Source: Phoronis australis (lineage: Eukaryota; Animalia; Phoronida). From it: a stretch of DNA of 64,000 nt. The stretch's first letter is position 1. Every line of letters starts with the position of its first letter. The notes beneath the pieces were generated by a model. That model saw nothing but the letters and a program-made list of their open reading frames with translations, had not been told where the DNA came from and searched no databases. The translations under genes and the position numbers were made by a program. Positions 51,586 through 64,000 of the stretch are shown here, in pieces. Location of the stretch: contig NMRA01000437.1 of NCBI GenBank assembly GCA_002633005.1, positions 30,330 through 94,329 on the forward strand, read 5' to 3'.

Positions 51586-51758
51586 TCTCAAGTAATCTTT
51601 GCCCCACTCTGTTTTAAAACCGTGGATCATCAAAGAAATACTGCTCTCCCTCTCGATCCTGATCATCCAGCTGATATTCATATTATTCCTGTAATCACTT
51701 GGGTAGCCAGGCGTGAAAATGGTGCCTCCCGAATAGAAATAGAACTCGTGTGTATTGT
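51586..51758 (-). CDS. MAM/CUB receptor exon: first half of CUB
   Basis: ctgttttag acceptor, AGA|gtaagc donor, phase 1-0; DNTHEFYFYSGGTIFTPGYPSDYRNNMNISWMIRIERESSISLMIHGFKTEWGKDYLR. Not in the ORF track. Confidence 0.88.
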
Positions 51759-52366
51759 CTAAAACAGAAGATAATCGTCATCAAACAAGTCAGACGTGTG
51801 ACGAGCAAAACTTAACATGTAAGGCAAAATACTGAAACTCAAAGTGTGCAGGGGTGAGAACACGAGTCATCATGTTACGTAACGTTGCCCTCATTCGCCT
51901 AAGGCTATATCAATGGCACTAGGAAGACAGGAGGACTCTTGATTCAATTCTAACATAAGTTGTTTTTATGGGTCACCTTTGATGCTTCAAAATGAATTAC
52001 GGAATGTTTACGATAAAATCAAATTCACCCAACGATAACACAAAAATAGGTACAAACAATGTTTCGGTGGAGCCAGACAAAGTTGATTTGTAACATGAGC
52101 CTAACCAAACCCAGGCAAGAATTCCACACTCAGCATGGTGCTGTCTCCACTTTCACAAATGAAAACTGGGTAAAGTTGAGATGTGCGCAAGATCAAAGAA
52201 ACCTGGGTGGTAACATCCACTGGTTGGCTTTTCAAATTCAACATAACCACCGTATCTTAAAGCCCAATGCAGCACCTTCATAGTTTTCTGTTTTTATTGA
52301 TTGAAGTGAGTGCTCGTATAGCCAGTCAGTTACCTGTACCACTAGCCTGGGTATACACACAAGGGT

Positions 52367-52730
52367 AACTTTACTTTTTGTTAGACAGCTTAATACATAC
52401 GTGTAGTTGATCCCTCTTCAAGCATGGAGTTATGTAGCAAAACACCAAGAGATATAACAGACAGACAACTTTAAAATACTAGCTATATTTCAGTTTCGAG
52501 ATCGCATGTCTCATCATCAGGCAACAGGTGAAATGAATGGAAGCGGAGTAAACAGTGAAATAAACGGTGACAGCAGGTAGGGGGTCATACTAGCAGAGAG
52601 TGTGAGTGTATCGTACTGTAGGAAGCCCACAAGCCTAACGGAACAGAGCCAGCGTGTTGTACACGACGCCTGTGAGCTGATCATTCAACACAGGCTTTTC
52701 ATGGCTGATCAATAGTGACTCCAAAGTTGT
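52367..52730 (-). mobile_element. Penelope-like element 3' fragment (GIY-YIG C-terminus + 3' pLTR-like region)
   Basis: 52724-52635 translates LESLLISHEKPVLNDQLTGVVYNTLALFR*, matching the ES..I....P.LN.Q.....L.LF end of Penelope endonucleases; followed by CTGATGA...GAAA. Confidence 0.75.
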
Positions 52731-52989
52731 GAATAATGGTATTGTCTCCTTTTTCTTTCCTAGTTATTATTCTGCCATATTGAATGAACCTGCCCTGCAA
52801 GGCCAAGGACAACCCTCTGGAGAGGGAACACAACATGTGTCCAATGTAACGCTGTTCATGAGAACGAGGTCAAAAACATTCGTCCATATGACATGTGAAT
52901 ACTTGGTAAACAACATTACATTTAGACACTGGTCATAATCTTTCGCGACTGGGACTGTTTTTCATGACAAGGTGACGTGACTTTATATA

Positions 52990-53510
52990 TTGTGATAATA
53001 AGCAATTACATTGACCACCCTAATGTTATCCACAAGATCTGACCATCTTAACATCAATACAAATAACTAGGCAAGAAATAGTAGACAATGCCATTATTTG
53101 CTTTGTTCAAAATGACACATTACGGTTAAAGATTGTGGAGTCCGTATTGATCAGCCACGAAAAAGATAAGCGCGCTAAATGATCAGCTCACAGGTATGTA
53201 CCGCACACTGGTTCTGTTCTGTTAGGTTTTTACAGTGTGATACACTCACTATCTGCTTGTATGCCTCTCTACCTATAGTCACCCTTCATTTCACGGTTTA
53301 TTTCGCTTCCTAAATGTCCATCTCACATATTGCCTGATGATGAGACATGTGATTTCTCCAAATACAGCTGCAACTATTTTAACTTTAACTTGTTTCTCCG
53401 TTATGTCTCTTGGTCGTTTCCTTCATAACTGCATGCCTGAAAATAGGAGATTGTTTGGACACTATAAATTAACGAGCACATAATCATTAAGATGTCTAAC
53501 AAAAAGTACA
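52990..53510 (+). mobile_element. Penelope-like element 3' fragment, inverted partner of 52367-52730
   Basis: TRQEIVDNAIICFVQNDTLRLKIVESVLISHEK / LNDQLTGMYRTLVLFC* (stop 53223-53225); downstream CCTGATGATGAGACATG and TGTCTAACAAAAAGTA are inverted matches to the left copy. Confidence 0.75.
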
Positions 53511-54301
53511 GTGTCGTGTTTTCAATCAAGTTTTTGTCAATAAAAGGCTTCTCCGAACTATACGTCTGACATCCCGCATTTATGAGGACCTCACAGCATT
53601 AGATGAGCCTGTGCTGTTCAGATATATATCTCAAGGAGGCTTTGAATTAACACGTCTAGGAATTGAGTTGATGAAGACTGAAAACTAGTGAGAAGCGATG
53701 GGTTAATACCTCACCAGATGGGCTCATAATCCAAAAATTGAGGAGGGCTTATATCTGAGTAACTGTATGGGCTCGTATACGAGAACAACACAACACTAAG
53801 AATGGGCTTGAACCCAGGTGCAGGCTTATAGATTAGTGACATAGCTTAGAATAGAACACCTTTACTTAGAAAAGCCGACAGCGTCATCAGTGTGTCAATA
53901 ATGTACAACACCTTCTCAAAATTCAGGCGAGTTAGCGCCACATATTGTAAACCAGTTGTTTTAAATATGAACTCCTCTCCAGAGTTCAATGATTGTTTCC
54001 ATGAACGGATACCAAACGCCAAAATTGCTTCATTTCACTTTGACTTCTGAAACAATTTTGCACGGACCTCAGGTTCATGGATAAATGAGTCTACACCAGT
54101 TACATTAAAGATTCTACGATTTGCTAATAGCGATTAAAGGGAAAACCCAATATTACAAATCTCTGGCTATCTTAAGCATACATAAACACACATTAACATA
54201 GCTACATGAAGACACATGTATCGAGTAGCCATATGGCCGCACAGCAAATCATGTGTTAAGCTACGTTTGTTATTAATTATAGAAGAACATAAAGCAATTA
54301 C

Positions 54302-54434
54302 CTTTATTTACATATCTTGTTTTAGTATTTACAGCAGGCACGGTTGAACCAAAAGAGCACTTTGTTATCATGATGTCATCAATGGCCAGGTCTGCCTTAC
54401 TACTACCACATGTAGCCTCAAAGCCAATTTGTTG
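54302..54434 (-). CDS. MAM/CUB receptor exon: C-terminus of the second MAM domain
   Basis: cctttcag acceptor, G|gtaatt donor, phase 0-1; QQIGFEATCGSSKADLAIDDIMITKC contains the MAM D[IL]A[IV]DD motif. Confidence 0.88.
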
Positions 54435-55538
54435 CTGAAAGGTAACACAGCTTTGATTACAAGAACATGTTGAAGCCCAGGTCAACAGCACTATTAAGCA
54501 CTATCAGTCTGACGTGCAACATTACTGACGTTTTTTACGAGATGTCAAGTGGTGGAAATAATCCTGAGACTCTCACAGTCAAGCAAATTGCTCCTACTAA
54601 GAAAAATTGTGCATTGGAACGCGAATCTGATGGGATTCTGAATTTCCGCAAATTTCGCCGGATTAATACTGGGAAAATTTATTCCCACCCTACGTGGTTT
54701 ACCGATTCAAATAAAATTCCAGTCATTCTTTATATGATAAAACCACTGACGCTGGACCATATGTGGTACAGCACTAAATGGTAAAGGTAGTGCCATTGTC
54801 TGCCAATAGGGGCAACATAACTTTCCAGTGTTCATGAATCCTTTGGAGAACACAAGTGCTTAAGGAATTAATCCTGTGCGCACATTTTTTCCATGAATAT
54901 TTCTGAATTTCAAAAAAAAACAGGAGAACGGTGTCATTTAATAAAAAAGAATAATGTAGCAGCATTAAATCACTTTAGATCCATTTTTCATTAAATTATG
55001 AGTACCTCATCATCCTAGAGGGATTGTGAATGAAAGTCAACATGGGAATTTACGAACTTACATAGCACGCGAAGTGAAACAAAATTATGTCATCTTTTTT
55101 AGCCGTTCACATACTAGACAACTACCATGATCTCTGGAGGATTACCACAAGACAAAAACAAGTTTACTTAGCAGCATGACCTTGCCAAAAGTGGGACAAA
55201 AACTTCACCTTGTTTTACATTTCTCTAAAAATTTACTTCAATAACCTCGGCTGACTTCATGACTTTGAGGCCTTCCTCAACTCTCAAAAGGCATGTCATG
55301 AACACATCCACTACCACAAGAAACTGTAGGAACACCACATTTATCCACCTTCACTCTTATCAGGCTTCTATTGTGAGTCAGCATGCGTGAATAATTGGTT
55401 GATAAGCCACCTAATAATGGGACTACTTTTGGCTGAATGGATGACCAGGCCATAAAATGATAATTAGCCAAGACCAGTTAACTAATGCAACAAAGAATAA
55501 TGCCCTAGCATCACCTAGCCTTGGTGGAAAGCTGTATA

Positions 55539-56060
55539 CTGTTTTGGCTCTAAATAAAGGCTTAGAAAAATTCATTTCACAGAGAGGGGATGCTTATTGT
55601 AGCCCAAGGCAGTTGAAACCCGGTTTCCGAAAGGGGTAAAATCAGAAGCTAGGATTCATCAAATTTACGCTCTGTGACGTATTTGTAGCCTATGACAGTC
55701 TTTCTACAAAATTGTGGTGCATTGCCAACAAACTCCGTTGTTAAATTACGATCATTTTTGAAACAATTGTGCTGAAATCCCAGGGCGAAAACTTGCCGAC
55801 TGAAACGTCGCTGAATCGCGATCGTCAATAGGAAAACTTGAATTCTTGAATAAAAATATAGTTTCGACTCAACAAATTACCTGAAATCTTCCATATGTTT
55901 TACAATTTTCAAAGTTTGTGTGGAGTCCAGATTAATTGCGATTAAGTCTAAATCTGCGGTACATCGTACCCCACAACACGAGAAAAATCTCTAGATGAAC
56001 ACACATGTTGTTGTCACGTGACGTTTGTTTTGAAGTTCGTCTGCGTATGAGAGTGAGTGC
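55539..56060 (-). mobile_element. TA-flanked TIR element family (copy 4, right end)
   Basis: Reverse complement of the 10480-10951 sequence, extending to a degenerate TIR TA|CTGTTTTGGCTCTAAATAA at 55537. Confidence 0.7.
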
Positions 56061-57078
56061 ATGTGCGAATAATCGACGACAGACTTTTAGGCGGAGGATT
56101 ATGCAAGAAAATGGCGTTTACTAGATTGTTTTTCACTTAAACGGCTGCAACGTGCAAGGTGAGTGCTGGTTAACTCACAGATTTTGTGTGCACAGGCCGA
56201 CGGTAGTTAGCTCTACCGTGGAGTAAAACATTAATAGTCCAAGGCTCGATCTACATGTTGGGGACGAGGTGACGAGGTGAACTACCCGGGCTGTGTGAAA
56301 TTTCTGGGACTAACGGAGACACTGACGCAGTGGTCAGCCAGCTCGCTGTATCAAGACTATAGTCAAAATCCAAATTTGTTTTATCGTGTCCCTGTCAATA
56401 ATATAACGGCATGCTTAAGTTTCTTTATGTTCGTACTTCAGGAACATAACAACCGCATGTTTTGTACACATACGCGCATGCCGCAGATCACATCTCGGAA
56501 ATTTCTGATTTGACGGAGGACAATGAATGAGCACAATGAAATTAAACAACGTCGTTTTACAGCTGGTAAGATTCATAATAAACGTATTTTGAATATTGCA
56601 ATGCATGTGTTCCAAAATCTAAATAACTTGGGTCCTATATTTTTGTATTCGTGCACGCCGAATGAAAGTGATCGTGAGTGTTGCTGTGTTGCAAAATCTC
56701 TTATCCTGGGCTGATTTGAAAAATTCAAAGTTGCACTCATATTTGTTTTTGCTCCTCTTTTCAAATATTACAGTAAAAACTACGTAAAACTCTCTCCATA
56801 AAAAGTACAGTCTGCTACGCTAGATTGTAATCAGCTGATCATATCCGCAGCAAAGCCAATTATCCTCGCTCGTGACTCAATGAATAGAGCAGCTTGGGGG
56901 CATCCCTTTGATCGTGAGCCGAGTGCGACTCAGAAAAGGTGGATAAATACGGTCTAGTTCAATCTGCCAAACCCCACCGTTTACCCTGACAGGCGGGGTT
57001 TGGGCCAATCTTATTTAGTAAGAATGTTTATAGCATGGTGGAGCTTAGTTACAGATGACCACAACAAACACTACTTAC

Positions 57079-57303
57079 GGGTTCCGAAGCGTCAATATCA
57101 ACTTGCATGTATCGCCAAAAGTTGATGCTTGAACTCGGTTTATCCCAGATTGGCTGCCACGAGGTCCACGCACTTCGATGCACAACTTTCAGTCTGCCCA
57201 AACTGACACCAAATGTGTGATACCACAAAGATACACGTAAACAGCGCGAGGATGATTGATATCGATACGGCGTATACATGAGAGCTCGGTCGCCAACGTT
57301 TCT
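57079..57303 (-). CDS. MAM/CUB receptor exon: MAM core
   Basis: acttgcag acceptor, CCC|gtaagt donor, 225 bp phase 0-0; RNVGDRALMYTP...CLRVSLWYHTFGVSLGRLKV...IW...W...QVDI. Confidence 0.9.
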
Positions 57304-57959
57304 CTGCAAGTTGAAAACAACATAACTTAGTCAAAAACATCTAGTGCACACAGTCAGATGTGATGATCACAGTGTGGGGTCCTGAGTCCAAAACTGCATC
57401 TAGTAGAATTGGAATCTTGCGAGTTTGGCCAGATTGTGGGTCAGTCTACAGGATGTCGCCATGCACTATCAGAAACACACCTGATCTCACAAGCTATGAT
57501 GGCAACATGCTCCGGATTGGTTCATCTCTTACAAGAGTAGGCATACCTAAAATCAGATTGACCTTAGGCCTTGAAGACACATATAATGTACATCACAATG
57601 GCTTGGATGTGGTTCGCAATGTCATAAAGTACAAAGTGCAGGTCACCAGTACAGCACCAAGACAAGATCTTTTTAATTTAGGATTCAATATGGCATACAA
57701 AAGAATTTTGATTTTTTATATTTTCCCATGAAAGAAACATGTTGCAATAAAGTTGTGTAATCTTTTTACATGTTCAAGGTTTGTAGCATAGCTACCAACA
57801 GACAATATTTTGAAAAATTGCGCCTTTCACAACACTGTGAGAAGCCTTTGAAGAATGAAAAAAAATTAATGCAGCTATTTTGGAAATCATTTTATGTGAA
57901 ATTGGTGAGATTTTACCATAACCCTGTGTTCAAAGAGTGGGCAAAGAGTCTAGCCTAGA

Positions 57960-58632
57960 CTAGATCTCTGTATTGTCAATTCTAACTTTCATTCATCACA
58001 TTCACACTCCATAATAACGCACACATTTTGTTTGATATTTTTTGATAAATGTTGATAATAAAAAAATTTAAGTTAATGGGTTCTGAATGTTTACTAACCC
58101 AGATACAATGCTATCCCTCTTGGCGCTTTCTGAGTATGTACATTTATTGTACTGAATATTTCATAACATTTTTAAAAAAAGTTTTACTAAATGCGCAATG
58201 CACTTCTGAAAGTAAAATGCATGTTTGTTTCTTCAAGTGATACCAATGACATACAAACCCAATGGGGTGGGTGTTATATTTCAAAGATGAATTTGTTAAA
58301 AAAGAAACTTTATAAAAACAATCAAACCACACAACTGTGACCAATTTTCCTCTGATATTACATGCCAACGACAAAATCTCAAAAATGTTAGGGTTTTCTA
58401 AATCATCAATTTCTTTTTGTTTTTGCTACTCTTGAGTCTTTTGTAAAAGTTATAAGGCTATAGCCTGTTTACATAACCGGGTTCACTTGAAAAACAATTC
58501 CTAAAAGTGCATAGTGTCTGTAAGATTCAAAGGAAGACGATTTGCTGTTTCTGAGATATGATGTTCAGTATTTGGCCAAATTTGGACAGTTTTCGAGAAT
58601 GCTGCAGAACCACAAACCAGTCCTCTTTAATA
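57960..58632 (-). mobile_element. Possible Kolobok-like non-autonomous element end
   Basis: Terminus reads TTAAAGAGGACTGG on the minus strand; patchy similarity to 32395-32610 (TTTCTAAATCATC, GCATAGTGT, AGATATGATGTTC). Confidence 0.3.
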
Positions 58633-59626
58633 GCACGTGTCACAACGAAATAACTATTTCATTCTTGCATGCATTCATGTTCATAAGAATTTTGTCACAA
58701 ATAAAATTTACAATCAAGTGAGGACCATATACAGGTTGGAGAAATTTGTTATATTCTGAGCAAGAATCCCAAGGACAGCATCGCTTCTGACCAAAGGTGA
58801 CCATTTCTGCAAGCCGCAGCCTGTTTCATAACTGTGTTAAGACGTGACAGGACACTTACCGCATGACTCATTAAGAAGTCTCTTAGTTTTTAACTTTAAC
58901 CACAGAGGGCACTTGAGGTAGTGAAACAAATCCAAATGATATGGATGAAGTGTTACATGATTTACATTATCGATAAGTACGTTGGCATGACAACGAGGAT
59001 TCTTAAGAACAGAATAACCCAACATTCCAAAGATGCCAGCAGTGCCTCAGTAGAATCAAACCACTGCATAGCTTTTAATGATGAGACCACGATATGATAG
59101 AACCAACTTGTTCATCGGTGAAGCCTTACACACCAATGAGCTGCATGCTAAGCATAGCTTGAATAGGGACATAGGGGCTTGAATAGGGACATAGGGGCTT
59201 TCAACCTGCAGTTATGGTAGTTGATTTTTGAATTCATTTCACTGGATGTCTCTTTACTAGTTGATTGTATTATGCACTTTGATGTAAAATTGATTGTTGT
59301 CGTGAAGTGACGTAACGAATGACTCATACCAGTATCACTTGTGTCATAGGCTTCCTATTACAGTAACATCTCACAATTTAGGACATAACGTGGAAGACAC
59401 TCCATGAAATGCTATTTTTTAGTATCACTTTGCCACATTCAACACAAATCACTTTAAAGAATTCGGGCATTTGAAAACAACGCAATTTTGGCAATTATAT
59501 TAATTTGTGCAAAATTGGTGGAACTTTATGGTATGCTCTAAAAGAAATATTTGGTCTTCTAAACACTTATAGTTAGACATAATTATAATTTATTGTTTGT
59601 TGAATCTGCACAATAACTTAACATAC

Positions 59627-59847
59627 CGAACCAACACCATCTGTGGCCAGGCTAGACTCGATAAATGCGTAGTACTTGTTGAAGCAAGAGGACGACACGC
59701 AACCATGTGCCAAACTTGGACCAGTGCTCGAAGTGGGAGTTTGACCAGAACCAATGGACCAATCAAAGTCATCGCGGACATCCTGAATTAATGGAGATAG
59801 CGAGTTTCTGGCAAAGCTGAAATTCTGCGCAGGTTGAACGGAGCCTT
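59627..59847 (-). CDS. MAM/CUB receptor exon: N-terminal part of the second MAM domain
   Basis: tgtttcag acceptor, TCG|gtatgt donor, phase 1-0; DDFDWSIGSGQTPTSSTGPSLAH...YYAFIESS is the classic MAM N-terminal motif. Confidence 0.9.
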
Positions 59848-61024
59848 CTGAAACATACCAATTTAAGAGCACCTCAGAAGTGGTACAAAACTATGAACGC
59901 ACTCATGGGGTTTAATGCCCGGGGCACTGAAATTGGGGAGTAGTCACTTACAGAGGTCGAATGTTCTCATCACTGCATGACAGGTATCAAACTGATAAAG
60001 AAAAGCGGGAAATTTTGTAAGTGACTATTGTCTAAATAACGGAACTAAAAACTCAGGGGTAGGCACCAGAACGAGCATGGGTATTTAGAATCGATTTTCA
60101 TAAAAGTTATGGGTGGCCGTTTCCCGAACGATTGTAAACGACCAGGGAGTAACATGTGTGACAAATAAAACATTGCAGAAGAGTATGGGTAAATTCTTGT
60201 CCGTCAAAGACAAGGTCCTGACGAAAGTCAAACTGTAGTCATCGTTATTCAAAGGCAAACAAGTTTCTTAAATTTTGGGACATAAACTTCACCCAAGACA
60301 GGAGTAATCAAACATACACCGACAGTAAAAATTTCAGTCACATAGAGGGTAGACTAGATGGATAAAATAGGGACGGGTGTTGAGTCAAGCGCGGGAAAAT
60401 ATAAATGAAAGGTTGGAAAATTCGGAGACAGGTGCTAAGGTGAACAGTCATGATCTTAACTCAGGATGAGGAAAATACTGCAGACTCCGAGCATCAAAGA
60501 GGGGGCTTACATCATAATTAGGTTCGTAGGAGAACATTGGTCCAGACAAGGGTACTGGTTAACTACTTGGAACAAAAATCAACTCCAAAACAAAACAGTG
60601 ATGAGATAAGAACTCACAGAAGCAAACACAACATGTCAATGAAGGTAAGCTAATCAAGATCACCTGTCCCTGAATTTTTACTTTGACTGCAATGAAGTCG
60701 ACATAAATTTCTCCTTTTCAGCGCTATTTGTTGTCTTCAATATCCTAAAAAGAAATTGCTTCTGCTTTTGGTCACTTTCTAGGTGTACAACTGAAATTAG
60801 ACTCACTTTATCATATCATGTACGACCTCAAGACAGGTGACACTTTTCTGTTAATTGCACCAAAATGGAAAAGACCTTACTACTCACTCGCAGTTTCTAA
60901 GGGTTTCAGGCTACTCAACTAAAAGTTGGTAACAGGTATGAGTTGTAATCATTGACAATAGATTACCCAGATCGCTCAACGACTCAAAGATTACTCCTGG
61001 ACTGTTGCTGCTGTAAACGCAACT

Positions 61025-61561
61025 ATGGGCCTCATCGGCGAACACAGGATCGCACAAAATGCTGCTTGCCTGCCAGTACAAGAACTCAGTGAGAGACCGA
61101 ATGTCACCATCGCTTTCAACAGGGAAGCTCGGGAATCACCTCCTGCAGTAGCCAAAGCATTGTGCCATCAGCAATGGCGTGATGTTGGTAGTATTAATGC
61201 CATCATTGTAGCAACAGATGGATCCTTTGATGGTGCATCTAAATGTGCGGGATGGGGCTACCAAATACTGTGTGCTTACAACGTCATTGCAGAAGGCAGT
61301 GGCTGCCAGCATGTATACACAAGTAGTACATGGATGGAGTTTGAAGCTATACAACGTGCCCTAACTAAGCTATCACACCTAGACCTGGAGAATCACACCA
61401 TTATCTTTGCCACCGATTCCATGGCAGTGTTGATGAAAGTTCAGTCTGGAAACCTCCCAGCCAACTGGGGTGTCCTCCGATCACACCATCCTCATCATAC
61501 AGTGATCTGGTCTTTCTTACCTAGCCACGCCGGTGTCTTGATTAATGAGCGTGCACATTGA
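61025..61561 (+). pseudogene. RNase HI domain relic of a non-LTR retrotransposon, intronic and antisense to the host gene
   Basis: VATDGS, AGWG, SSTWMEFEAI, IFATDSMAVL, LPSHAGVLINERAH*. Three catalytic acids are present; the last Asp of NE.AD is His, followed by a stop. Confidence 0.85.
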
Positions 61562-62735
61562 CTCACTGACTCATGTACCACCAATCAACCCCTCTGCTTA
61601 TACTCTGCTGATATCCCACCTGGCTGAGTTCAATGATGGTAGCCGACTTCTCGAAGCCGGTATTACTTATGGTCATGCTGCTAAAAGTCACAAGAGCCAT
61701 GCCTGAGTGTTGTCAAATCAGATGCTTACAAGCAACGTCAGCCTAGGAGTTCTGCGCCTTCTGTTGTCACGGTAATGGTCTGCGGAGGGAATTAACGCGC
61801 CAGCACATCTCCAATGATCCTAACCATGACAGGTATTACAGGTAACGATGATCATATTTCTACCAATGCCGCGGTCTAGGTCAGCCACGGAATAAAAGCA
61901 TTATAAGCCCACGGAAATGTGAATATCGTTTCTAAGTGACACTAACGTTTGATGTAAACAAAAGACAACGATGAAGAATCAAAATAATTGACATTTTATC
62001 ACAGAAAACTTATAAGGAGCCTGAAGTAGGTAATATGCACTTAGACCCAGCAAGTTTGACCAATAGAAAGAATGCTTAAACAGAAGACTAACTGAAAGAA
62101 AATACTTGTCACTGTTAATGACACAAAAGATATGACCACATTGCTTAATGAAGGACATAACAGTATAAAGTCGAAAAAAATCTAGAGCCTTTCTACTTTC
62201 AGAAAATACTTACTTTTATTAAGTTATATTTTGCGATTTTGTAGACATTCGACTGAATGCACAACCTCGTCAATCGGGCTCTACCTCACATCACCTGAAG
62301 CCTTATTACGCGCATATAAATGGGTGATTCTAAATTCTTGTCAGGCAATTGGTTATGGGGGAATACAGACAGGCAGGGAAACGGACAAAGGGGTGTGATA
62401 ACTATAACCACATAACATAGTGAGAGGGACATGACGACTGGTGTGGGTGCTAGGCAAGCATCACTTGATTAAGACAGCTACACTAACTTGTCTCGCATTC
62501 AAAATTCATCCTTATTTTAGCAAACTCGGCAAGCGTGCCGTAATCTCCTTTCAATTTTGTCAAACCGTCAATTTTCCTCGCTTCAGCGAATGATTTTATT
62601 GACTGCGTTACAGCTGTCCAGTATACAGTTGAAAATAAAATTCCACGACGCCGCGAAAATGTGCGCAGAACTGAACACCATTATTCTATCAGTACTTAGC
62701 AGTAAAATAACATATACTAAAAGAGTGATATTTAC

Positions 62736-62850
62736 CACTGATGAGAATTGTAGGTGCAGGGTCCGGGTTAAAGTAACATGGAGTAATTGTAATGTCGTCA
62801 ACGGCAATATCTCCGTAGCTTGAAGAACCCGTGGAAGCTTGAAACACCAC
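62736..62850 (-). CDS. MAM/CUB receptor exon: C-terminus of an upstream MAM domain (gene continues beyond the window)
   Basis: cactcag acceptor, G|gtaaat donor, phase 0-1; VVFQASTGSSSYGDIAVDDITITPC. Confidence 0.88.
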
Positions 62851-64000
62851 CTGAGTGTGAGCATAGTGTTTGTAGTTACTTGTAATCAAAGCCAACCCGA
62901 CACTTGCACGATTAAGTGATGCACACTGACTATAAAAAGGTTTCAAAAATGACTTACACTGGCATGTCAACCAACTTGGCAATGATTAAACTCCTCGGAA
63001 CTGAAAGCGAAATGTCTGGGAACTGTGCAGGAGTGCATGATGCGTGAATTTTGACATTTCAGTGAGAATCAAACGTGAACCGTATATGAATAAGTCATGT
63101 TGCACATGCCAGAACAGCGGACAATGCTTGTCACTAGCTACCATGGTATAAACATTCCCAACCTGACTTTGATGGAGGCACGCATTTGATGAGTAACCTT
63201 TTGCATATCACAGCTGCCCATTTACATAATAATCAGCTAAAACGGTACATTTTGCCACTCCTAAGTGCACGTCAAAAATTGTGTCACGGTTGCCTTTTTG
63301 CAGCTCTTGCAAGTATACCAGTGCCTCATAATTGCTAAGCTGTTGAAGATCAAACCATTAAATGCACTGGTTATATTTGTTGCAATTTTTATGTACAAAT
63401 CACAGACAAATTTACCATACACAAACTACTCCCTGACCTTGTAATCCAAACAGTATACACATCTTTGAAGAAACTGAAGGTTTAGAGCCGTCACTCTAGG
63501 GCTCCAGTGGGCACAACCAAGAGAAAATTGCGACTACAGAAGGTTTTTGCTTAAATGGCATCTTCAAACATCCCTTGGTGCCAGCAAAAAAGTCTACCGA
63601 AATCGGAGTAGCGGAAGTCAGTTTTTCAAGATGGCGGAAAAAATGGCCACCAAAACCAGTGTTTACTGCTTTTTGTCATGTTACTATAATTATGCAACAG
63701 CTGTAAATAAAACAATAAAGCTCGTCTTTGATTAAATACTTTTCATAACGGGCATAACCGTCAAAAGATGCCAATTTTCCGTAAAATAAACCAATATGGT
63801 TGACAAAATTGCGGCCAAAACAGCAATTTGGTACATGTTGCAAAATTTTTTATATTTGCCCTGGAAATGGCAAAATTTTTACCGCATGTGCATTCTACAA
63901 ACTTTGTTTATAACCTGATAAGCATTTTACACAGTCAAAAACATTTTACAATCTACAGTGAGGCTTAATAAGCTGATTCTTTTAATTTGTTTTTAAGATT

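Noticed and set aside
59157-59200. 20-bp tandem duplication GCTTGAATAGGGACATAGGG
   Set aside because: Simple local duplication in an intron with no further structure.

Overview
AT-rich animal genomic DNA with GT-AG introns, probably from a marine invertebrate; nothing here looks prokaryotic. Two intron-rich single-pass membrane-protein genes converge tail-to-tail, and both lack their 5' exons in this window. (1) A + strand Ig-superfamily receptor has 7 inferred exons (15724-41619): two Ig domains, a Thr-rich stalk, a TM helix, and a tail with a YAAV motif, an ITIM (LVYADL) and an ITSM (TEYAEI). (2) A - strand receptor has 7 exons (62850-48469): partial MAM, MAM, a cysteine-free CUB, a TM helix, a Cys cluster, and a Pro-rich tail with two PPxY motifs and a PSAP motif. 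The rest is nested mobile DNA: a LINE 5' end/ORF1 inserted in a hAT-like end, a frameshifted piggyBac inside a Helentron-type non-autonomous element (HINE), two further HINEs, inverted ~138-bp satellite arrays, a TA-flanked TIR family carrying a HIRAN-like ORF relic, an inverted pair of Penelope 3' fragments with hammerhead-like cores, an orphan non-LTR RNase H, and several MITEs. All calls come from reading and hand-translating the sequence; no database searches were run.
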